The notes under the pieces: generated by a model
Databases searched by the model: none
What the model saw: only the letters and a program-made list of their open reading frames with translations
Told to the model about the DNA's origin: nothing
Origin: a virus
Lineage: Duplodnaviria; Caudoviricetes
DNA: 64,000 nucleotides
Virus record (IMG/VR): IMGVR_UViG_3300037507_000754
Coordinates: 1,367 to 65,366 of that record
Direction: 5' to 3' (one strand)
Position numbers and translations under genes: made by a program
Shown here: positions 16,482-25,731 of the stretch, in pieces
How the letters are laid out: each line of letters opens with the position of its first letter
Position numbering within the stretch: position 1 is the first letter of the stretch

Positions 16482-17408
16482 ATGGCTTTCCCCACGATTG
16501 ACAAGCCCTACGGGCTTGCGCCGATTAACCTGAAGGGCGGTATTCCGTTTGCAGGTTCGACTCGGATGATCCCCATCGGCCAAGGCTACGCCACCAACAT
16601 CTTCAACGGGGATGTGGTTGGTCTATCCAACGGCAACAGCATCATCACCCCCTACAACGCGGACACGCAGTCCGCCGCTGCGGCTGGTGACATTGTCGGC
16701 GTCTTCCTGGGCTGCGAATACAGCACCGGGTCGGGCCCGATCTACGGTAAGCTGCGTCAGCAGTACTACCCGGCAAGCACCAACGCCCCCAACGCGGTGG
16801 CCTACGTGCTGGACGACCCGAACGCCCTGTTCAAGACAGCGGTGATCGCGCAAGCGCAAGGCAGCGCCAACACCCAACTGAACACCGGCACGACCATCGG
16901 CTACATGTCGCCGTCGTTCCTCGGCACCAACGCCTTCCTGATCGCTGGCAACGGCGGCTCGACGGCAACTGGCAACTCGCTGGCTGGTGTTTCGGGCGGC
17001 AACCCCACGGTGGCTTCGTCGGTGGCTGGCAACATCCGCCAGACGGTCGGCACCGGTGCGGGCACTTCGCCCTGCCTGCGCGTGATCCAACTGGTGCCTG
17101 ACACCGCCGTCACGGTGGCTACTGCGCTGTCCTCGTCCCCCTCGGCTGCTACGACCTTCACGGTCGCTTCGACTGCTGGGATCGTCCCGGGCATGCAGTG
17201 CGTCATCGACGGCATCAGCGGCACCACGGCGGGTTCCCCGGGCAGCAACCTGACGGTCACGGGTGTGGTCACTTCCACCTCCACGATCACGGTCAGTGCC
17301 AGCGTCACGGCCACCAGCGGCGCTTCGGTCAGCTTCATCGGCTACCCCGAAGTCATCGTCGGCTGGAACTTCGGTTACCACTCGTACTTGCTCGCCGCTG
17401 GCGTCTGA
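16482..17408 (+). CDS. putative capsid decoration or cement protein
   Basis: G/T/S-rich beta protein directly upstream of the MCP; strong RBS. Confidence 0.55.
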   Translation: MAFPTIDKPYGLAPINLKGGIPFAGSTRMIPIGQGYATNIFNGDVVGLSNGNSIITPYNADTQSAAAAGDIVGVFLGCEYSTGSGPIYGKLRQQYYPASTNAPNAVAYVLDDPNALFKTAVIAQAQGSANTQLNTGTTIGYMSPSFLGTNAFLIAGNGGSTATGNSLAGVSGGNPTVASSVAGNIRQTVGTGAGTSPCLRVIQLVPDTAVTVATALSSSPSAATTFTVASTAGIVPGMQCVIDGISGTTAGSPGSNLTVTGVVTSTSTITVSASVTATSGASVSFIGYPEVIVGWNFGYHSYLLAAGV

Positions 17409-17420
17409 GGAGTCTGAATC

Positions 17421-18332
17421 ATGGCAATTTCTCGTGCACAGCTCCTCAAGGAGCTTCTCCCTGGACTCAACGCCCTGTTCGGCATGGAGTACAAGCGCTA
17501 CGCCGAGGAGCACAAGGAGATCTACGAAACGGAGACCTCCGACCGCTCGTTCGAAGAGGAGACCAAGCTCGCTGGTTTCTCTGCCGCTCCGGTGAAGAAC
17601 GAAGGTCAGGCCATTGCGTATGACAACGCGCAGGAAGCCTGGACCGCTCGTTACAACCACGAGACCATCGCTATGGGCTTCTCCATCACCGAAGAGGCGA
17701 TGGAAGACAACCTGTACGACAGTCTGAGCACGCGCTACACCAAGTCGCTGGCTCGGGCTATGGCCTACAGCAAGCAGGTCAAGGCTGCGAACATCCTGAA
17801 CAACGGCTTCAACGCTGCCTTCCCGGGCGGTGATGGTGTCTCGCTGTTCTCGACGGCCCACCCGCTGGTCTCCGGGGGTACCAACAGCAACCGTCCTTCG
17901 GTGGCTACGGACCTGAACGAGACCGCGCTGGAGAACGCAGTGATCCAGATCGCTGCGTGGACGGATGAGAAGGGCCTCTTGATCGCTGCCAAGCCCCGGA
18001 AGCTGATCATCCCCCCGGCCCTGATGTTCGTCGCAACCCGCCTGCTGGAGACCAACCTCCGCGTCGGCACCACCGACAACGACATCAACGCGCTGAAGAA
18101 CAACGGCTCGATCCCGGAAGGGTACACCGTCAACCACTTCTTGACCGACCCGAACGCGTGGTTCCTGACCACTGACGTTCCGAACGGCCTGAAGCACTTC
18201 GTGCGCGTCCCGATGTCCACCTCGATGGACGCTGACTTCGACACGGGGAACAACCGCTACAAGGCCCGCGAGCGTTACTCGTTCGGCTGGTCTGACCCGC
18301 TGGGCGTGTACGGCTCCCCCGGCGCAAGCTGA
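17421..18332 (+). CDS. major capsid protein (Mu gpT-like, HK97 fold)
   Basis: MAISRAQLLKELLPGLNALFG...GGDGVSLFSTAHP...KARERYSFGWSDPLG; followed by a terminator. Confidence 0.9.
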   Translation: MAISRAQLLKELLPGLNALFGMEYKRYAEEHKEIYETETSDRSFEEETKLAGFSAAPVKNEGQAIAYDNAQEAWTARYNHETIAMGFSITEEAMEDNLYDSLSTRYTKSLARAMAYSKQVKAANILNNGFNAAFPGGDGVSLFSTAHPLVSGGTNSNRPSVATDLNETALENAVIQIAAWTDEKGLLIAAKPRKLIIPPALMFVATRLLETNLRVGTTDNDINALKNNGSIPEGYTVNHFLTDPNAWFLTTDVPNGLKHFVRVPMSTSMDADFDTGNNRYKARERYSFGWSDPLGVYGSPGAS

Positions 18333-18350
18333 ACGGCTCCGGCGTGATCC

Positions 18351-18377
18351 AAGGCCCCTTCGGGGGCCTTTTCTTTT
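18351..18377 (+). terminator. intrinsic terminator after the MCP
   Basis: aaggcccc-ttcg-ggggcctt followed by ttctttt. Confidence 0.9.
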
Positions 18378-18493
18378 GCCTGAGACTGTGCTAGGCTCGG
18401 GCTTGCCCGAGACCCCACTTACCCCTAAACCACTGCACCGACCGGCTCGGCGGACTGTCTCCTCAAGACGGTGCGGTATGACGAGGAACCATC

Positions 18494-18994
18494 ATGTCAT
18501 TCTCAAGCTTCTCCGGCCCGATCCGCTCGGGCACGCAGCGCTACGGCGCAGGCCGCAATACGGGTCTGGTGCTGCTTACGCAGTCCGCTACCATCAACAT
18601 GAACGGCGTGGCCCTGACTTCTGCGGCTCCGGCTCAGAATTTGTTCACGCTGCCTGCGGGGTCGAAGATCGTCTCGATCATCGCCGACAAGACCGTGGCG
18701 CTGGCGGGCAACTCCATCTCGCAGGTTGCGATGATTGTGGGCAATGCGTCGGACGACAACCAGTATCTGGAGTCGGTGAATCTGGCAACGACCAAGGGCC
18801 GTGCGGCTCAGGCTACGGTCGACGCGGGGCTTCAAGTGGACGACTGCGACAACATCGGCACCTCTGATGTCATGCTCCAGGCGACTTTCACGGCGACGAC
18901 GGGCAACGCTGACTCGGGCCAGATCGTGGTCACGGTGAGCTACGTCCAGCGTCAGCCTGATGGTTCAGTGAACCCGACCGAGTACCAGAACTGA
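18494..18994 (+). CDS. putative structural (head fibre or decoration) protein
   Basis: MSFSSFSGPIRSG N-terminus; beta-rich; follows the MCP. Confidence 0.6.
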   Translation: MSFSSFSGPIRSGTQRYGAGRNTGLVLLTQSATINMNGVALTSAAPAQNLFTLPAGSKIVSIIADKTVALAGNSISQVAMIVGNASDDNQYLESVNLATTKGRAAQATVDAGLQVDDCDNIGTSDVMLQATFTATTGNADSGQIVVTVSYVQRQPDGSVNPTEYQN

Positions 18995-19036
18995 TTCTGA
19001 CGCCCCTCCGGGGGCGTTCTCCTATTGGAGTTCACC

Positions 19037-19318
19037 ATGATGCAGACTGACGTCAGTTCAGGTTCAGTGGGCGCAGCCGCAAGCGCGGCAATCACAGCGC
19101 AACGGTCTCGGATCAAAGCCATCGCTATGACGTACACCGCCAGCGCGGGTGCATTGACAATTACTGACGGTAACGGTGGTCCTACGCTGTTCGCGTTCAC
19201 TCCCGCAGCGGCGGCAGGCTCGCTGTACATGCTGCTCCCTGGCGAGGGTATTTTGGCGCAAACGGGTATTTACGCCACCACGGGTACCGGCACCACCGCC
19301 ACGGTGATGTATGGCTAA
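19037..19318 (+). CDS. small structural protein
   Basis: GGAG RBS; LLPGEGIL...GIY motif. Confidence 0.6.
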   Translation: MMQTDVSSGSVGAAASAAITAQRSRIKAIAMTYTASAGALTITDGNGGPTLFAFTPAAAAGSLYMLLPGEGILAQTGIYATTGTGTTATVMYG

Positions 19319-19574
19319 GACACCTGCGTGGACGCGTAAGGAAGGCAAGTCTGAAGCTGGGGGTCTCAACGCTAAAGGCCGCGCCAGCTACAACGCAGCC
19401 AACCCGGGCAAGCCGGGGCTTAAACCGCCCGCGCCGAACCCAAAGACCGAGAAGGATGCAGCTCGACGAAAGTCGTTTTGCGCAAGGTCTGCGGGACAGG
19501 CCAAGATGTTTCCCGAAGCAGCCAAAGACCCGAACAGTCGGCTGCGCAAGGCAAGAAAAGCATGGAACTGTTGA
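19311..19574 (+). CDS. DUF6321-like basic protein
   Basis: GGLNAKGRASYN...RRKSFCAR...DPNSRLRKARKAWNC. Confidence 0.7.
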   Translation: MAKTPAWTRKEGKSEAGGLNAKGRASYNAANPGKPGLKPPAPNPKTEKDAARRKSFCARSAGQAKMFPEAAKDPNSRLRKARKAWNC

Positions 19575-19984
19575 CTTGTACGCGTTGCAAGGCCGAAAAA
19601 CCTGCGTCAGCAGAGTTTTTCCCTCCGCATAACAAAAAGCGTAACGGTCTTGATAGTTGGTGCAGGCAGTGCCGCGCCACATACCGCAATGAAATATGTC
19701 GTGGTAAGTTCAGAGCTTCGGTAAGCGATGAACAGCTTAAGCAGATCAAAGCAGAAGTGACAGAGTGTGTTATTTGCGGCGATACCGGAGAGCTTGTTGT
19801 TGATCATGACCACACAACCGGGAAAGTACGCGGTATGCTCTGCAACCACTGCAACCGTGGCCTAGGCCACTTCAGGGACAGTCCCATGCTACTTGAATTT
19901 GCTGCGCAGTACTTGTACGCATCGGTAGATGCGCCGGAATGGGATCAATACTTGGCGACGCACGGAACGGAGTTGGGGTGCTGA
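19562..19984 (+). CDS. endonuclease VII-family (HNH) putative homing endonuclease
   Basis: CVICG...VVDHDHTTGKVRGMLCNHCNRGLGHFRD; N-terminal CxxC; lower GC. Confidence 0.85.
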   Translation: MELLTCTRCKAEKPASAEFFPPHNKKRNGLDSWCRQCRATYRNEICRGKFRASVSDEQLKQIKAEVTECVICGDTGELVVDHDHTTGKVRGMLCNHCNRGLGHFRDSPMLLEFAAQYLYASVDAPEWDQYLATHGTELGC

Positions 19985-19985
19985 A

Positions 19986-20225
19986 ATGGATGCGACGCTC
20001 CTATGGAACACCCTCCTGACGGTGCTATTGGGCGTGGTGGCGTTCTTCATGGCCGCTAAGTTCCGTGAACTTGACCGCTTGAGCATTCTGTTGAACAGGA
20101 CGCGCGAGGAAGTTGCCCGGGACCATCTCACCCGCGCAGAGTTCCGTCAAGACATGAAAGAGCTGCTCGAACGCTTTGACAGGCTCGAAGTCAAGATCGA
20201 CAATCTACGGGTCAAAACCCTCTGA
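19986..20225 (+). CDS. small membrane-anchored coiled-coil protein
   Basis: N-terminal hydrophobic helix; LLNRTREEVARD. Confidence 0.65.
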   Translation: MDATLLWNTLLTVLLGVVAFFMAAKFRELDRLSILLNRTREEVARDHLTRAEFRQDMKELLERFDRLEVKIDNLRVKTL

Positions 20226-20238
20226 CCCAGGAGCATTC

Positions 20239-20490
20239 ATGAAAAAACTCCCCGAAGCCGCGCCGCAGCACGTGCCTGAGCCTGCTGGTGAGAGTCGGTC
20301 CAAGCCGAAGCCCTCTTCGCCGTCAAAGCGGCGTCCGCTGCCTGAGGCTGCTCCGCAGCACATGTCCGAGCCCGCAGGGCCGTTCAAGAAGGCCAAGGGC
20401 GGCATGATCAAGAAATACGTCAATGGTGGCGTAGTAACCCGGGCCGACGGTTGCATAACCAAGGGCCCTACCAAAGGAAGGATGGTGTGA
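20239..20490 (+). CDS. small basic protein with xxGG motifs
   Basis: AGGAG RBS; duplicated LPEAAPQHxxEPAG; KAKGG and YVNGG. Confidence 0.65.
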   Translation: MKKLPEAAPQHVPEPAGESRSKPKPSSPSKRRPLPEAAPQHMSEPAGPFKKAKGGMIKKYVNGGVVTRADGCITKGPTKGRMV

Positions 20491-20491
20491 G

Positions 20492-20626
20492 ATGATGATG
20501 AAGAAGCCCCCGATGTCCGCCAAGATGCCCCCCAAGGCGAAAGGCAAGAAGGAACTCCCGCCCTTCATGAAGAAGGACGGCAAAGCCAAACCCAAGAAGA
20601 TGATGGGCGGCGGAAGCTGCAAGTGA
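20492..20626 (+). CDS. 44-aa Lys/Met/Pro-rich peptide
   Basis: Manual translation MMMKKPPMSAKMPPKAKGKKELPPFMKKDGKAKPKKMMGGGSCK; fills the gap exactly. Confidence 0.55.
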   Translation: MMMKKPPMSAKMPPKAKGKKELPPFMKKDGKAKPKKMMGGGSCK

Positions 20627-20633
20627 GGTAGAG

Positions 20634-21389
20634 ATGGTACGCCCCAACTACGCCAAAGATGCGGCGTCGACTCCTGGCGCGAAAAGGCTCCGGCAGGAGC
20701 TGGCGGGCGTTCTTGAGCCCAAGAAACCGCGCTGGAAGTCGGAGTACAAGGGGCCCGATCCCGACCGTCAAAAGATCGACGGGAAAGCGGTTGTCAGCCG
20801 TGAGGAACTCGCGGACTTCCAGCGGCAGTACGGCGCTGCCAAGACGCTGCGCGATCTGTTGAATGCGGACGCGACCGGTAAGCTGCCTGCGCGTGTTGGT
20901 GCGGGCGCAGGTCGCGGTGCAGCCGAAGGTCGCAAGGCAACGGACCGCGATACCGCCCCGATGCGTAGTGAGAGCCCCTACAACGACCCGTCAAGGGCGA
21001 AGGAAGGGGCGGCTGCGCGCCGTCGAGAAATGATGCGGGACCCGGGCCGTGACGCCATCGAACCTATGCTTGGCCCCGAGACGGGTCTTGCCGCGCTTGG
21101 AAGAGCGGGAGCTGGTGCGCTGATGCGTGGTCTGGCAGGTGCGTTTGGGCGTCGTGCCGCACCTAAAGCCGCCGATGACCTTGTGGAACCCGTTGGCGAT
21201 TTGACGCCGCAAGGTCGTGTCTTTCGCAGTGCGCGGCCTGACGCAGAAGCCGCCAAGCAAGCGGAGTACATGGAGCGCATCTCCGAGCGAGGCCTGAAGA
21301 AGGGCGGCTCAACCAAGTCCTACGCCAAGGGCGGCAGCGTTCGTGGTGCTGGGTGCGAGACGCGTACCAAGAAGACGAGGTACGTCTGA
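20634..21389 (+). CDS. basic disordered protein with xxGG motifs
   Basis: 251 aa; LKKGG and YAKGG near the C-terminus. Confidence 0.65.
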   Translation: MVRPNYAKDAASTPGAKRLRQELAGVLEPKKPRWKSEYKGPDPDRQKIDGKAVVSREELADFQRQYGAAKTLRDLLNADATGKLPARVGAGAGRGAAEGRKATDRDTAPMRSESPYNDPSRAKEGAAARRREMMRDPGRDAIEPMLGPETGLAALGRAGAGALMRGLAGAFGRRAAPKAADDLVEPVGDLTPQGRVFRSARPDAEAAKQAEYMERISERGLKKGGSTKSYAKGGSVRGAGCETRTKKTRYV

Positions 21390-21640
21390 TGCGCGCATCC
21401 CGTGGCATGGGGTGCATCAACCCCGCCAAGATGCCCAAGGCGAAAGTCTCGGGCTACGCCAAGGGCGGCGAGAGCCGTGTCAACGCGGCGGGTAACTACA
21501 CCAAGCCCGGGATGCGAAAGTCGTTGTTCGAGAGCATCAAAGGACAGGCAACGCAAGGTACTGCCGCAGGACAGTGGAGCGCCCGTAAGGCGCAACTGCT
21601 TGCCAAGCAGTACAAACAACGCGGTGGCGGGTATAAGTGA
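21389..21640 (+). CDS. DUF5872-like protein, N-terminal half
   Basis: YTKPGMRK...GQWSARKAQLLAKQYKQRGGGYK. Confidence 0.65.
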   Translation: MRASRGMGCINPAKMPKAKVSGYAKGGESRVNAAGNYTKPGMRKSLFESIKGQATQGTAAGQWSARKAQLLAKQYKQRGGGYK

Positions 21641-21870
21641 AAGCCCCCCAAAAGTCCCTGAAGGATTGGACCGCACAGAAATGGCGGACCAAGTCAGGAA
21701 AGCCGTCGTCAAAGACGGGGGAGAGATACCTCCCGGAAGCAGCGATCAATGCTTTGTCTCCTGCTGAGTACGCGGCGACAACCAAGGCCAAGCGTCAAGG
21801 CAAGGCCAAGGGCCAACAATTTGTGGCGCAGCCCAAGGGCGTAGCCCGAAAGACGGCGAGATTTAGATGA
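21637..21870 (+). CDS. DUF5872-like protein, C-terminal half
   Basis: QKSLKDWTAQKWRTKSGK...RYLPEAA...TTKAKR...QFVAQP. Confidence 0.65.
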   Translation: MKAPQKSLKDWTAQKWRTKSGKPSSKTGERYLPEAAINALSPAEYAATTKAKRQGKAKGQQFVAQPKGVARKTARFR

Positions 21871-22607
21871 CTACCTCCGGCACCACGACATTCAACCTCG
21901 ACCTCAACGAAGCGGTCGAGGAAGCCTTCGAGCGCTGTGGTGCTGAGTTGCGCACGGGTTATGACTTGCGCACGGCGCGGAGATCGCTGAACCTGCTGTT
22001 CGCAGACTGGGCGAACCGTGGTGTGAACATGTGGACGTTCAACCAAGCGGTCATCAACCTGACCCAAGGCGTCAACACGTACCCCTTGCCCTCTGACACC
22101 GTCGACCTCCTCGAACACGTCATCAGGACCGGTGCAGGCAACGTCAGTACGCAGGCTGACCTGACCATCACGCGCATTTCGATCTCTACCTACTCGTCCA
22201 TCCCCAACAAGCTCCAGCAGGCGCGGCCCATTCAGGTACTGGTGAACCGGAACTCCGATGCGACGTACCCTGCGGGCAGCAGCTACTCGCCGGGGGCAAC
22301 GGCTTCACCGAGCATCACCGTGTGGCCCACTCCGGACCAGACCGGCGTCTACCAGTTCGTCTACTGGTACTTGCGACGCATTCAAGACGCGGGTGCAGGC
22401 GGTGGCTACACGCAGGACATCCCCTTCCGCTTCCTCCCGTGTCTGGTCTCCGGTTTGGCGTACTACTTGGCCCTCAAGATCCCCGGCGCGATGGAGCGTC
22501 TGCCGGTGCTGAAGGAGCAGTACGACGCGGATTGGGACCGTGCCAGTTCAGAGGACCGCGAGAAGGCAGCAGTGCGGTTCGTCCCAAGGCAACAATTCAT
22601 CTCCTGA
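21867..22607 (+). CDS. putative head-tail adaptor
   Basis: EEAFERCG...ARRSLNLLFADWANRG...IPFRFLPCLVSGLAYYLA; position in the operon. Confidence 0.55.
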   Translation: MTTSGTTTFNLDLNEAVEEAFERCGAELRTGYDLRTARRSLNLLFADWANRGVNMWTFNQAVINLTQGVNTYPLPSDTVDLLEHVIRTGAGNVSTQADLTITRISISTYSSIPNKLQQARPIQVLVNRNSDATYPAGSSYSPGATASPSITVWPTPDQTGVYQFVYWYLRRIQDAGAGGGYTQDIPFRFLPCLVSGLAYYLALKIPGAMERLPVLKEQYDADWDRASSEDREKAAVRFVPRQQFIS

Positions 22608-22613
22608 GTTGTC

Positions 22614-23648
22614 ATGTCTAACCGCTTCGCAAACGGAAGAAAGGCGTTCGGCTTTTGCGATGTCTGTGGCTTTCGTTTTGACCTGAAGCGACTGAAAAAC
22701 CTCGTCGTCAAGACGAAAGAGACACAGATCAAGGCTTGTCCGCAGTGCTGGACGCCGGATCAGCCGCAGTTGCAGTTGGGCATGTACCCAATTGCAGACC
22801 CACAGGCTATCAGAGACCCACGCCCGGACACCAACACTTGGTTCCAGTCCGGTGTCAACGCGTTGAACAACGTCAGCGAAGGGATGCTGGTCATCCAGTG
22901 GGGTTGGGCCCCGATTGGCGGTGCGAGAGACTTCACTGACCCGTTGACTCCCAACGCGCTTGTCGGCGTTGGGCAGGTCGGTCAAGCCACCACAGCAAAT
23001 CTCACCACGGACCCGTATTTCTCAATGGTGAAGCTGCTGCTGCACATGGACGGCACCAGCGGCTCGACGACGTTTGTGGACAATTCGCCCGTTGGCTACA
23101 CGATGACGGCGTTTGGTAACGCCCAGATCGACACATCCAATGTCAAGTTTGGGACTGGGAGCCTAATCTGCGACAGTACCGGCGACTACCTTCAAATCAA
23201 CTATCTTGATAAAGGCTTCATCACTGCTCTTGCGACGGAGCCGTGGACCGCAGAGCTGTGGGTATACAGCAACACTTACAACAGTATCAGGTGGAACAGC
23301 TCAAGCGCTACGCAGTTTTCGCTCGGAGCCTATAACGGGTTTTCTGCGGACTTTTTACTTGCACCAATTACAGGGGCTAATCTCGTAACTACAAACTATG
23401 CGATGCCCACTTTTTCGTGGAACTTTGTCGCGGTAGTCAACGATCCGGTGACGGCCACAATGCGGCTTTACATCAACGGCGTCGAAGTTGCAAGCCAAAC
23501 AAACAAGCCGATGACCACGATGGCTCGTGTTTCAAATTCAGGAAATACATCGTTCAACGGTAACATCGACGATGTCCGTATCACTGTAGGCGTTGCCCGC
23601 TACACCACCAACTTCGCGCCGCCTACTGCGCCATTCCCAAATTCGTAA
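22614..23648 (+). CDS. CxxC/CxxC virion protein fused to a ConA-like (LamG) domain
   Basis: CDVCG..CPQCW N-terminus; LLLHMDG...WTAELWV...RLYING...FNGNIDDVRITVGVARYTTNF. Confidence 0.75.
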   Translation: MSNRFANGRKAFGFCDVCGFRFDLKRLKNLVVKTKETQIKACPQCWTPDQPQLQLGMYPIADPQAIRDPRPDTNTWFQSGVNALNNVSEGMLVIQWGWAPIGGARDFTDPLTPNALVGVGQVGQATTANLTTDPYFSMVKLLLHMDGTSGSTTFVDNSPVGYTMTAFGNAQIDTSNVKFGTGSLICDSTGDYLQINYLDKGFITALATEPWTAELWVYSNTYNSIRWNSSSATQFSLGAYNGFSADFLLAPITGANLVTTNYAMPTFSWNFVAVVNDPVTATMRLYINGVEVASQTNKPMTTMARVSNSGNTSFNGNIDDVRITVGVARYTTNFAPPTAPFPNS

Positions 23649-23692
23649 GTCAGCGGTATCATTCACGCGGGCGCAGCCCGAAGGAGTTCAAG

Positions 23693-23890
23693 ATGAAAGA
23701 CGCGATGAAGGCTCTCAAGGCGCATGCCAAGAAGCCCGCCAGCAAAGCCCACGGGCCCGGTGCCAAGCTCGCCATGGGCGGCATGGCGAAGTACAACCAG
23801 GGCGGCGTCACCACGGAAATGGCGCAGGATATGGGCCGCAACATGGCCCGCGCACGCAACCAAGGCCCGGTCGGGCGCAAGAAGGGGTAA
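23693..23890 (+). CDS. small basic protein with xxGG motifs
   Basis: AAGGAG RBS; LAMGG and YNQGG. Confidence 0.65.
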   Translation: MKDAMKALKAHAKKPASKAHGPGAKLAMGGMAKYNQGGVTTEMAQDMGRNMARARNQGPVGRKKG

Positions 23891-23894
23891 ACCC

Positions 23895-24074
23895 ATGATG
23901 AAGGCCAAACCGGTCCCTACGCCCGTTGTGGGCGTCGCTGAGCGCACTCCCCCGCGCCTTGTTGTCGGTGCTGAGTCGACCGCCCCCTGCCCGCCTGCCA
24001 AGACCTCCGGGATCAAGGTCCGGGGTGGCAAGGCTCAGACCAAGGGCTTCATGGCCCGAGGACCGATGGCGTGA
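23895..24074 (+). CDS. small basic protein
   Basis: KTSGIKVRGGKAQTKGFMARGPMA. Confidence 0.6.
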   Translation: MMKAKPVPTPVVGVAERTPPRLVVGAESTAPCPPAKTSGIKVRGGKAQTKGFMARGPMA

Positions 24075-24724
24075 ACTACACCCAGCTCAAGACCGCTGTT
24101 GAGGATAGCGTCGAGAACACGTTCACGGACGTGGACTTTGCCACGCTGACGAAGCTGGCCGAGAACAAGATCTACAACAGCGTCCAGCTACCGTCGCTGC
24201 GGAAGAACATGACCGGGGACCTGAGCGCGGGCAACCAGTACCTCGCCGCCCCCAACGACTTCTTGTCGGTCTTCTCCTTGGCAGTCTTCCCCGCAGCAGG
24301 CGGTGAGTACACGTTCCTGCTGAACAAGGACGTCAACTTCATTCGGGAGTCGTACCCGAACCCGGCGACGACGGGCGTGCCGCGCTATTACGCGCTCTTC
24401 GGCCCGGTGTACAACCTGCCGACCGAGCTGACGTTCATCCTGGGCCCGACACCTGTGGCGGGGTACAAGGCGGAGCTGCACTACTTCTACTACCCCGAGA
24501 GCATCGCTACTGCGGGTACGTCATGGATTGGCGACAACTTTGAGTCGGTGCTGTTCAACGCGGTCATGGTTGAAGCGGGTCGGTTCATGAAGGAAGAGGC
24601 GGACATCATGACGATGTACCAGAACCAGTTCAATGAGTCGTTCCTGCTGCTCAAGAACTTGGGTGACGGCAAGAACCGCATGGATGCCTACCGCAGTGGC
24701 CAAGTACGGAATCCGGTGAAGTAA
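24071..24724 (+). CDS. putative tail tubular A / adaptor protein
   Basis: MNYTQLKTAV...AENKIYN...GVPRYYA...GPTP...ELHYFYYP. Confidence 0.6.
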   Translation: MNYTQLKTAVEDSVENTFTDVDFATLTKLAENKIYNSVQLPSLRKNMTGDLSAGNQYLAAPNDFLSVFSLAVFPAAGGEYTFLLNKDVNFIRESYPNPATTGVPRYYALFGPVYNLPTELTFILGPTPVAGYKAELHYFYYPESIATAGTSWIGDNFESVLFNAVMVEAGRFMKEEADIMTMYQNQFNESFLLLKNLGDGKNRMDAYRSGQVRNPVK

Positions 24725-25147
24725 ATGGCTATCCTCCAAGGCATGTGTTCGTCGTTCAAGCAGGAGTCTTGGCTGGGCGTCCACGACCTCGACACTGACA
24801 CGCTGAAGCTCGCGCTCTACACCGCTGCGGCTGATCTGAGTCAGGCTACGACCGCGTACAACGTGGCAACAGCAGGGCAAGTGACCGGTACCGGCTACAA
24901 CCCTGGCGGTATCCCCCTCGTCAATGTCCAAGTCCTCCTCTCCGGTACGACGGCCTACGTCACGTTCAACAATCCCGTGTGGTCAGGGGCATCCTTTGTC
25001 TGCCGGGGCGGGCTGATCTACAACGAGACCAAGGCCAACCGCGCTATCGCGGTGCTGGACTTCGGTGCGGACAAGACGGCGTCAGGTACTTTCACCATTC
25101 AACTCCCTGCGGCAACAGCCGCTTCCGCGCTGTTGCGCTTTGCATAA
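24725..25147 (+). CDS. tail-associated structural protein
   Basis: SFKQE...DTLKLALYT...GTGYNPGG...AVLDFGADKT. Confidence 0.65.
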   Translation: MAILQGMCSSFKQESWLGVHDLDTDTLKLALYTAAADLSQATTAYNVATAGQVTGTGYNPGGIPLVNVQVLLSGTTAYVTFNNPVWSGASFVCRGGLIYNETKANRAIAVLDFGADKTASGTFTIQLPAATAASALLRFA

Positions 25148-25157
25148 GGAACTCATC

Positions 25158-25676
25158 ATGTTGAACAAGTCTAAGGCTGGCGGCGTCTTCAAGATCGCTT
25201 GCTACGACCCTCAAGGTAATCTGAAGTGGGAGACGCAGTCTCACAACCTCGTTGTAAACGAGGGGCTGTTCTACATGAACGAAGCGGCCTTGGGTGGTGG
25301 TTCTCAGATCACTACTTGGTATATCGGCCTGTACGGTGCGGCCTCGTCCAACAACCCCGCTGCGGGTAACACGATGGCCAGCCACGCGGGCTGGACGGAG
25401 GAGACGGGGTACAGCAATGCCACACGCCCCACTTGCACGTTCGGTACGGCTACGACGGCAGACCCTTCGGTGATCGACAACACGGGCTCCCCTGCTTCGT
25501 TCAACATCAACGCTTCCGCCACGATTGGCGGTGCGTTCTTGACGTCTAATGACACCAAGGGCGGGACGACGGGAACGCTCTTCTCGGCAGCGGATTTTGC
25601 CGCGCCGGGTGACCGAACGGTGACTAGCGGGGACACATTGAATGTATCGTATACCTTCAGCCTCGATGCTGCTTGA
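25158..25676 (+). CDS. tail-associated structural protein
   Basis: HNLVVNEGL...WYIGL...VTSGDTLNVSY. Confidence 0.65.
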   Translation: MLNKSKAGGVFKIACYDPQGNLKWETQSHNLVVNEGLFYMNEAALGGGSQITTWYIGLYGAASSNNPAAGNTMASHAGWTEETGYSNATRPTCTFGTATTADPSVIDNTGSPASFNINASATIGGAFLTSNDTKGGTTGTLFSAADFAAPGDRTVTSGDTLNVSYTFSLDAA

Positions 25677-25696
25677 TCTTCAACAACTCTGAAAAA

Positions 25697-25725
25697 GGCA
25701 CCCGTCTAGGCGGGTGTTTTGCTTT
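25697..25725 (+). terminator. probable intrinsic terminator
   Basis: gcacccg-tctagg-cgggtgt followed by a T-rich tail. Confidence 0.5.
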
Positions 25726-25731
25726 CAAGCC

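Noticed and set aside
11639-18197. Long antisense ORFs (479, 371, 389 and 524 aa; also 31251-33018 and 51634-52794)
   Set aside because: Shadow ORFs expected opposite GC-rich genes with biased codons; no recognisable motifs.
14660-18411. 12-bp complementarity between 14660-14671 and 18400-18411
   Set aside because: Many 12-mer matches are expected by chance in 64 kb of GC-rich DNA, and each site has local pairing partners.
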